From: an uncultured Alphaproteobacteria bacterium
Lineage (GTDB): Bacteria > Pseudomonadota > Alphaproteobacteria > RF32 > CAG-239
DNA: 64,000 nt
Direction of reading: 5' to 3'
Assembly: GCA_944391395.1 (NCBI GenBank)
Contig: CALXTI010000001.1
Location: forward strand, 146,065 to 210,064
Below, piece by piece: positions 58,694-64,000 of this stretch (the first letter of the stretch is position 1; each line of letters starts with the position of its first letter). The position numbers were made by a program, and so were the translations under genes. Under the pieces are notes generated by a model. The model was not told the origin of the DNA and did not search any database. It saw only the letters and a program-made list of their open reading frames with translations.

Positions 58694-59596
58694 TTGCAGT
58701 TGTCCAGCATGACCGGATTTGCCCGCAATAAAACCGATTTTGTTTTTCAAAACAAAAAGTATGATTGGGTGTGGGAAATCAAAAGCGTGAACGCTAAAAA
58801 CGCCGATGTCAAAATCCGTTTGCCGCAGTGGTTGGATATGCTGGAAACAGATGTTAAAAATATATGCATGCGTGTTTTTTCGCGCGGCACGTTCAATGTC
58901 AATTTGATGTTGGAAGTTGAAAACACGAATCCGGTGTTGAAGGTCGATGAGGGGCTTTTGGCGTCGTTGGTTGACGAAGCGCACAACATTTATAACACGT
59001 CGCCGGATTTTTTTGCCAAACCGTCGCCGGTTGAGTTTTTGAAAATAAACGGTGTGGTTAAAGCCGCCGAAAATATGCCCGATGATGAAGAAACAGCAGC
59101 ATTAGGAAAAGTTTTGTGCCAAAGTTTTGAAAAGGCAGCTCTGGCGTTGAAAGAATCGCGGCGCCAGGAAGGTGCGAAAATCGGACAAGCTTTACAGATG
59201 ATTCTGGCACAAATCCGGGAAAATGTTTCGGCAGTTCGGGAAATCAGTAAAAAATCGCCGGAAAAAATCAAAGAAAAAATTTGCAGGCAGATTAAAGATA
59301 TGGTCGAAGATGCCGGCATTTCGGAAGACCGACTCAATCAAGAAGCGTTGCTTTTGATTATGCGGGCTGATGTTAAAGAAGAGCTGGATCGTCTGGACGC
59401 TCATCTTAAAACCGCGGAAGAACTTCTGGCAGAAAACAATCCGGTCGGTCGGCGATTGGATTTCTTGTGTCAGGAACTCAATCGCGAGGCGAATACGTTG
59501 TGTTCCAAATCTATGGATATTGAGCAAACAAAACATGGTATGGCTTTAAAAGCTTTAATTGAGCAATTTCGCGAACAAGTACAAAATGTGGAGTGA
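58694..59596 (+). CDS. YicC-family protein
   Basis: N-terminal SMTGFAR, as in E. coli YicC SMTAYAR. The apparent start is TTG with GGAG seven nt upstream. Confidence 0.75.
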   Translation: MQLSSMTGFARNKTDFVFQNKKYDWVWEIKSVNAKNADVKIRLPQWLDMLETDVKNICMRVFSRGTFNVNLMLEVENTNPVLKVDEGLLASLVDEAHNIYNTSPDFFAKPSPVEFLKINGVVKAAENMPDDEETAALGKVLCQSFEKAALALKESRRQEGAKIGQALQMILAQIRENVSAVREISKKSPEKIKEKICRQIKDMVEDAGISEDRLNQEALLLIMRADVKEELDRLDAHLKTAEELLAENNPVGRRLDFLCQELNREANTLCSKSMDIEQTKHGMALKALIEQFREQVQNVE

Positions 59597-59601
59597 AAGA
59601 T

Positions 59602-60267
59602 ATGGCTGATGTTATTGATGTTTTAAGAAAAACCCGTAAAGGCGCGATGTTTATTATCGAAGCGCCGTCCGGAACCGGCAAAAGCACGGTGATTAAAGAA
59701 TTGCTGAAAAGAGATTCAAATTTGAAGTTTTCGGTATCGGTTACAACCCGCGCCAAACGCGCCGGTGAACAAGAAGGTGTCGATTATTATTATATCACCG
59801 ATGAACAATATGATGAATATCTGGCGCAAGATGCTTTTTATGAGTATGTCGATTCACAATACGGTTCGCGTTACGGTACGTTGCGTTCGGAAGTGGACAG
59901 TTTTATCAATGTCGGACAAGATGTTGTTTTTGATATGGACTGGGTTGGCGCCGAACAGATGCGGCAAAAGGCGCCCGATGATGTGGTGACGATTTATCTA
60001 TTGCCGCCTTCGGTCAAGGAAGTGCACCGCCGGCTTATCAATCGCGGCACGGATTCCAAAGAAGTGATTGACAAGCGCATGAATATGATTATTGAAAAAA
60101 TCGAACATTGGAATGAATTCGATTATGTCATTGTGAATGAAAACGTGGAGGACACGATTTATAAAGTGCAAAAAATTATTTCCTGCGAGAGAATGAAACG
60201 CGTGCGGCAAACGGGGTTGCCGGCGTTTGTTGAGTCGTTAATCAAAGAAGCCAAAGAAGTGTTGTGA
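59602..60267 (+). CDS. gmk: Guanylate kinase
   Basis: P-loop APSGTGKST and the GMP-binding pattern TTR...E..G.DY. Confidence 0.9.
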   Translation: MADVIDVLRKTRKGAMFIIEAPSGTGKSTVIKELLKRDSNLKFSVSVTTRAKRAGEQEGVDYYYITDEQYDEYLAQDAFYEYVDSQYGSRYGTLRSEVDSFINVGQDVVFDMDWVGAEQMRQKAPDDVVTIYLLPPSVKEVHRRLINRGTDSKEVIDKRMNMIIEKIEHWNEFDYVIVNENVEDTIYKVQKIISCERMKRVRQTGLPAFVESLIKEAKEVL

Positions 60268-60292
60268 GGTTTTTTAATCCGGAGATAAGGTT

Positions 60293-61219
60293 ATGACGCA
60301 AATATATCAATCCGTAACGGAGCTTGTCGGCCATACGCCGTTGATACAACTTAACCGGTTGGCGGAAAAACATAAGATTAAAGCCAAAATTTGGGGCAAA
60401 TGCGAGTTTTATAATCCGGTTTTTTCGGTTAAAGACAGGGTGGCGTTGATGATGTTGGAAAAAACGAATGCCGATAAAATCACGCCGGAAACGGTTTTTG
60501 TAGAGGCGACATCGGGAAATACCGGAATCGGATTGGCGGCGATGTGCGCGGCCAAAGGTTATAAGTTGGTCATTGTCATGCCGGAGAATATGTCAAAAGA
60601 ACGAATCAAACTGATGAAACATTTTGGCGCGGAAGTTATTTTGACTCCGGCAGAAGACGGTATGGAGGGCGCGGTTAAAAAAGCGGAAATTTTGGCGGAA
60701 AAAAATCCGAACGTTATTTGGCTGAAACAGTTTGAAAACAAAGCCAACCCAGGTGCGCATACTTTGGGTACGGCGATGGAATTGATGGAAGACACCGGCG
60801 GTAATTTTGATGTGTTGGTTTGCGGTATAGGGACGGCCGGAACAATTACAGGTGTTGCCAAAGCGTTAAAAACTTGCAATCCGGATTTATATGTTGTGGC
60901 GGTTGAGCCGTCGGAAAGTCCGGTTTTGGAAGGTGGTAAAGCCGCCGTACATGAAATTGAGGGAATCGGTGCAAACTTTGTTCCGCCGCTTTATGATGAA
61001 AAATTGGTTGACGAGATTGTTCATGTGAACAGTCGCGATGCGTTTGCGACGGCAAAAGAAACGGCTCAGATTGAAGGATTGCCGGTCGGCATTTCGGCCG
61101 GTGCGGCGTTGCGTGCCGCTTTGGAGCTTGCCAAGCGGCCGGAAATGCATCATAAAAATATTGTGGTTATCTTGCCGGACGCCATTGAGAGATATTTATC
61201 ATTAGGCTATTTTGACTGA
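60293..61219 (+). CDS. cysK: Cysteine synthase A (O-acetylserine sulfhydrylase)
   Basis: PLP-lysine motif (SVKDR) and the GTGGT loop (GIGTAGTITG). Confidence 0.9.
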   Translation: MTQIYQSVTELVGHTPLIQLNRLAEKHKIKAKIWGKCEFYNPVFSVKDRVALMMLEKTNADKITPETVFVEATSGNTGIGLAAMCAAKGYKLVIVMPENMSKERIKLMKHFGAEVILTPAEDGMEGAVKKAEILAEKNPNVIWLKQFENKANPGAHTLGTAMELMEDTGGNFDVLVCGIGTAGTITGVAKALKTCNPDLYVVAVEPSESPVLEGGKAAVHEIEGIGANFVPPLYDEKLVDEIVHVNSRDAFATAKETAQIEGLPVGISAGAALRAALELAKRPEMHHKNIVVILPDAIERYLSLGYFD

Positions 61220-61242
61220 AATTTTGAGATAAAAGGAAACGT

Positions 61243-62352
61243 ATGCGGTTAAATTCAATATTGGGACGATATCTGGCAAAACAAATTGTCGTAACCTTTT
61301 TGTTGGTGCTGATAACCATCATGGGTATTATCATGATGTTTGACGCCATTGAGGCTTTGCGCCGCATATCCGGTCGTGAAGATGTCGGTATGAGCTATGT
61401 CTTTGAGTATGTCATTACCCGCCTGCCGCAGACAGTGGACAAGGTGTTGCCGTTTGTGATGATGGTGGCGGCAATGATTACTTTTTGGCGTGTGAGTAAG
61501 AGCAACGAATATGTGATTATTCGTTCGGCCGGTGTTTCGGTATGGGGTTTTTTGGCGCCGGTTTTGCTGTCGGTGTTTATTGTCGGCGCTATTAACGTTG
61601 CGTTTGTTAATCCGATTTCTTCAAGAATGTATGAGTTGCATGAAACAATTAAATATCGTTTTGCCACGCGCAATCCCAAGGCAATGTTGTTTTCAAGCAA
61701 AGGGCTGTGGATACGCGAGGCAACGGATGATGACAGAGTTTTGGTTATTCAGGCAAAATCTTTGCGGCAGGAAGAAAACGAAGTTTTATCCATGCGCGAT
61801 GTCAGTATTTTGGAGATGGACCGCAATTCGCAAATCGTGCGGCGAGTGGAAGGTTTGGTGGGCGAGTTGAAAGACAATGTGTTCCGCTTGCGCGCCGTTA
61901 AGGTTTATGCCGGCGGCGAACCGACCAAGACGCTTCCGTCGGTTGAGTATAACACAAGTATAGATTTACAACGCATCAAGGAGAATTTTATTGACCCTGA
62001 CGCCATTTCCGTTTGGGATTTGCCGGATACCATACATTTTTACGAATCTTCCGGGTTTTCCGCTCAGCGGCACCGCATGCGCTATCTTTCGCTTTTGGCT
62101 TCACCGTTTTTGTTGGTGGCAATGGTGCTGGTGGCAGCAATCTTTTCACTGAAAGCAAATATGCGTCAAGGCGGGGTAATGTTTATGATTGTGGCCGGCA
62201 TTACCACCGGTTTTGTGGTGTATTTCAGCTCGCAGGTAGTCTACGCTTTTGGCATAAACGGTTATATACCAGTATGGCTGGCGGTGTGGACGCCCACTTT
62301 GGTGGTCGGGCTTTTAGGTGTTTCGGCTATGTTGCACTTGGAAGAAGGCTAA
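61243..62352 (+). CDS. LptF/LptG-family lipopolysaccharide export permease
   Basis: YjgP/YjgQ topology: three N-terminal TM helices, a periplasmic beta-jellyroll, three C-terminal TM helices. Confidence 0.7.
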   Translation: MRLNSILGRYLAKQIVVTFLLVLITIMGIIMMFDAIEALRRISGREDVGMSYVFEYVITRLPQTVDKVLPFVMMVAAMITFWRVSKSNEYVIIRSAGVSVWGFLAPVLLSVFIVGAINVAFVNPISSRMYELHETIKYRFATRNPKAMLFSSKGLWIREATDDDRVLVIQAKSLRQEENEVLSMRDVSILEMDRNSQIVRRVEGLVGELKDNVFRLRAVKVYAGGEPTKTLPSVEYNTSIDLQRIKENFIDPDAISVWDLPDTIHFYESSGFSAQRHRMRYLSLLASPFLLVAMVLVAAIFSLKANMRQGGVMFMIVAGITTGFVVYFSSQVVYAFGINGYIPVWLAVWTPTLVVGLLGVSAMLHLEEG

Positions 62353-63710
62353 ATTTTTCTGGTTCTTCCGGCATATGGATTTTCGCCTTTGCGTACGGTA
62401 ATGCGAATTGGAATCCCGCCCAAATCGAAAGTTTCTCTTAAACTGTTTGTCAGATAGCGCAGATATGAATCCGGCAGTCCTTCCGGGTTGCTTGAGAAAA
62501 TGTAAAATGCCGGCGGGCGGGTTTTGGCTTGAGTGATGTATCTTAATTTGATGCGGCGCTTGTTTTTGCCTAAGGGCGGTGTGTTTTGTTCCTGCACATC
62601 GGTGAACCATTTGTTTAACGGCGCCGTCGGAATGCGGGTGTTCCAGCGCTCATAGACCTTAAATACCGCACTCATTAATTTATCAAGACCTTCACGTTTT
62701 AGAGCGGAAACAGTTACGGTCGGGATGCCGGTTACCTGAGTTAAAGATGTTTGTAGTTTGTCATTTAAACGTTGCAGTGCTTCAGAACGTTTGGCAATGT
62801 CCCATTTGTTGACGGCAATGACCAAAGCACGCCCTTCGTCAATGACTTGTCGTGCAATAGTTAAATCCTGCTTGTCCAAAACGGCATCGGCATCCAAAAC
62901 CAAAATAACGACTTGAGCCATGAAGGCGGCGTGTTTGGTGCTGGCTGCCGACATTTTTTCCAATGAATGCGTAATTCTTGATTGACGGCGCAGACCGGCG
63001 GTATCAACCAAATTGATTTTTCGACCTTTCCATTCCCATGCGGAGGAAACGGCGTCCCGAGTGATGCCGGCTTCGGGACCGGTCAACATTCTTTCATCTT
63101 TGAGAAGGGCGTTGACCAGAGTTGATTTACCGACGTTTGGCCGACCGACGATAGCCAGCTGCAAAGGTTTTTCAACGGTTGAATCTTCTTTGCGCGGCTG
63201 TTCTTTATTTTGAACGTCGTCATTCAGACGAGCTAATTCGGTATATAAATCTTCAAATCCGAGACTGTGCTCGGCGGAAAAAGGAATCGGCTCGCCCAAG
63301 CCGAGTTTGTAGGCTTCATAGATGCTGTCTTCCAGAAGTTTTCCTTCGCATTTGTTGGCTAACAAAATGACAGGTTTGCCGCTTTGCCGAACCATGGAGG
63401 CAAAGGTTTCGTCATGAGGATGCAGGCCGCTGCGGGCGTCAATCATGAACAAGCAAACGTCAGATTCGTGTATTGCGCGTTCGGTTTGTTTGCACATGCG
63501 TTGTTCAATACTGCCATCTTTCGCGGTTTCGAAACCTGCCGTGTCTATCAGGATTAAATCAAGTCCGCGGAATTTTGCTTTGGTCTCCTTACGGTCACGG
63601 GTAACCCCGGGCAAATCGTGAACAATGGCCAGTTTGTTTCCGGCAAGACGATTAAACAGAGTAGATTTTCCAACGTTCGGACGGCCGATTATGGCAATTT
63701 TTAAGCTCAT
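62349..63710 (-). CDS. der: Ribosome-biogenesis GTPase Der (EngA)
   Basis: Two tandem GTPase domains (GRPNVGKST twice) plus a KH-like C-terminus. Confidence 0.95.
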   Translation of the reverse strand: MSLKIAIIGRPNVGKSTLFNRLAGNKLAIVHDLPGVTRDRKETKAKFRGLDLILIDTAGFETAKDGSIEQRMCKQTERAIHESDVCLFMIDARSGLHPHDETFASMVRQSGKPVILLANKCEGKLLEDSIYEAYKLGLGEPIPFSAEHSLGFEDLYTELARLNDDVQNKEQPRKEDSTVEKPLQLAIVGRPNVGKSTLVNALLKDERMLTGPEAGITRDAVSSAWEWKGRKINLVDTAGLRRQSRITHSLEKMSAASTKHAAFMAQVVILVLDADAVLDKQDLTIARQVIDEGRALVIAVNKWDIAKRSEALQRLNDKLQTSLTQVTGIPTVTVSALKREGLDKLMSAVFKVYERWNTRIPTAPLNKWFTDVQEQNTPPLGKNKRRIKLRYITQAKTRPPAFYIFSSNPEGLPDSYLRYLTNSLRETFDLGGIPIRITVRKGENPYAGRTRKI

Positions 63711-63719
63711 TTTTGCTCC

Positions 63720-64000
63720 TTATTTATATACCAGCAAATCCGCCTCGCCAGTGGCAAAAATAACGGAATCGGCAGCGGCTATCGGCGCCAGAGGCAGCGA
63801 ATTTCCGATGTTGCGGCGTTGCATAATGTTTCCGTCCGTTGCGGAAATTTTATAAATCGTACCGTCAGAGGCGGTAACAATCAACTGATTATTTATCATC
63901 ATCGGACCGGTTAGATATATGTCGCTGCGTTCTTCCAAGGGATATTCGGTTAAAAGAGAGGTCTGCCAAAAAATTTTGCCGTCGCTTTTGTTTATGGCAA
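63720..64000 (-). CDS. bamB: PQQ-repeat beta-propeller protein, probable BamB (C-terminal part; continues beyond window)
   Basis: PQQ-like repeats (DGTIYKISATDGNIMQ). Sits immediately upstream of der, as in the conserved bamB-der arrangement. Confidence 0.55.
   Translation of the reverse strand, partial: AINKSDGKIFWQTSLLTEYPLEERSDIYLTGPMMINNQLIVTASDGTIYKISATDGNIMQRRNIGNSLPLAPIAAADSVIFATGEADLLVYK

Overview
This 64 kb window is a low-GC chromosomal segment that looks alphaproteobacterial. CtrA, the SecB/Tim44-like pair, bamB-der, the LptF/G permease and an aspS plus gatCAB indirect Asn/Gln-tRNA route all point that way. Housekeeping genes include gatCAB, aspS, rnd, proS, pheST-rplT-rpmI, fba, secB, mltA, gmk, cysK, der and sodB. 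Accessory content is interleaved with them: a CsoR-like repressor and CDF metal-efflux pair; an Hrb-type flavin reductase-rubredoxin fusion; a DegT aminotransferase; MlaA/MlaC; a ZIP transporter; an ABC exporter; and a 1743-aa autotransporter. The most distinctive material is a set of three paralogous cysteine-rich secreted proteins with shared Cys modules, and two proteins with class III (type IV pilin) N-termini, one about 1130 aa long. tRNA-Gln is followed by a perfectly duplicated 178-bp structured repeat, four 32-bp direct repeats and an AAA (DUF4143) ATPase. There are three tRNAs (Glu-CUC, Ser-GGA, Gln-CUG) and several Rho-independent terminators. All calls rest on reading motifs in the translated ORFs and the raw sequence; no database searches were possible.
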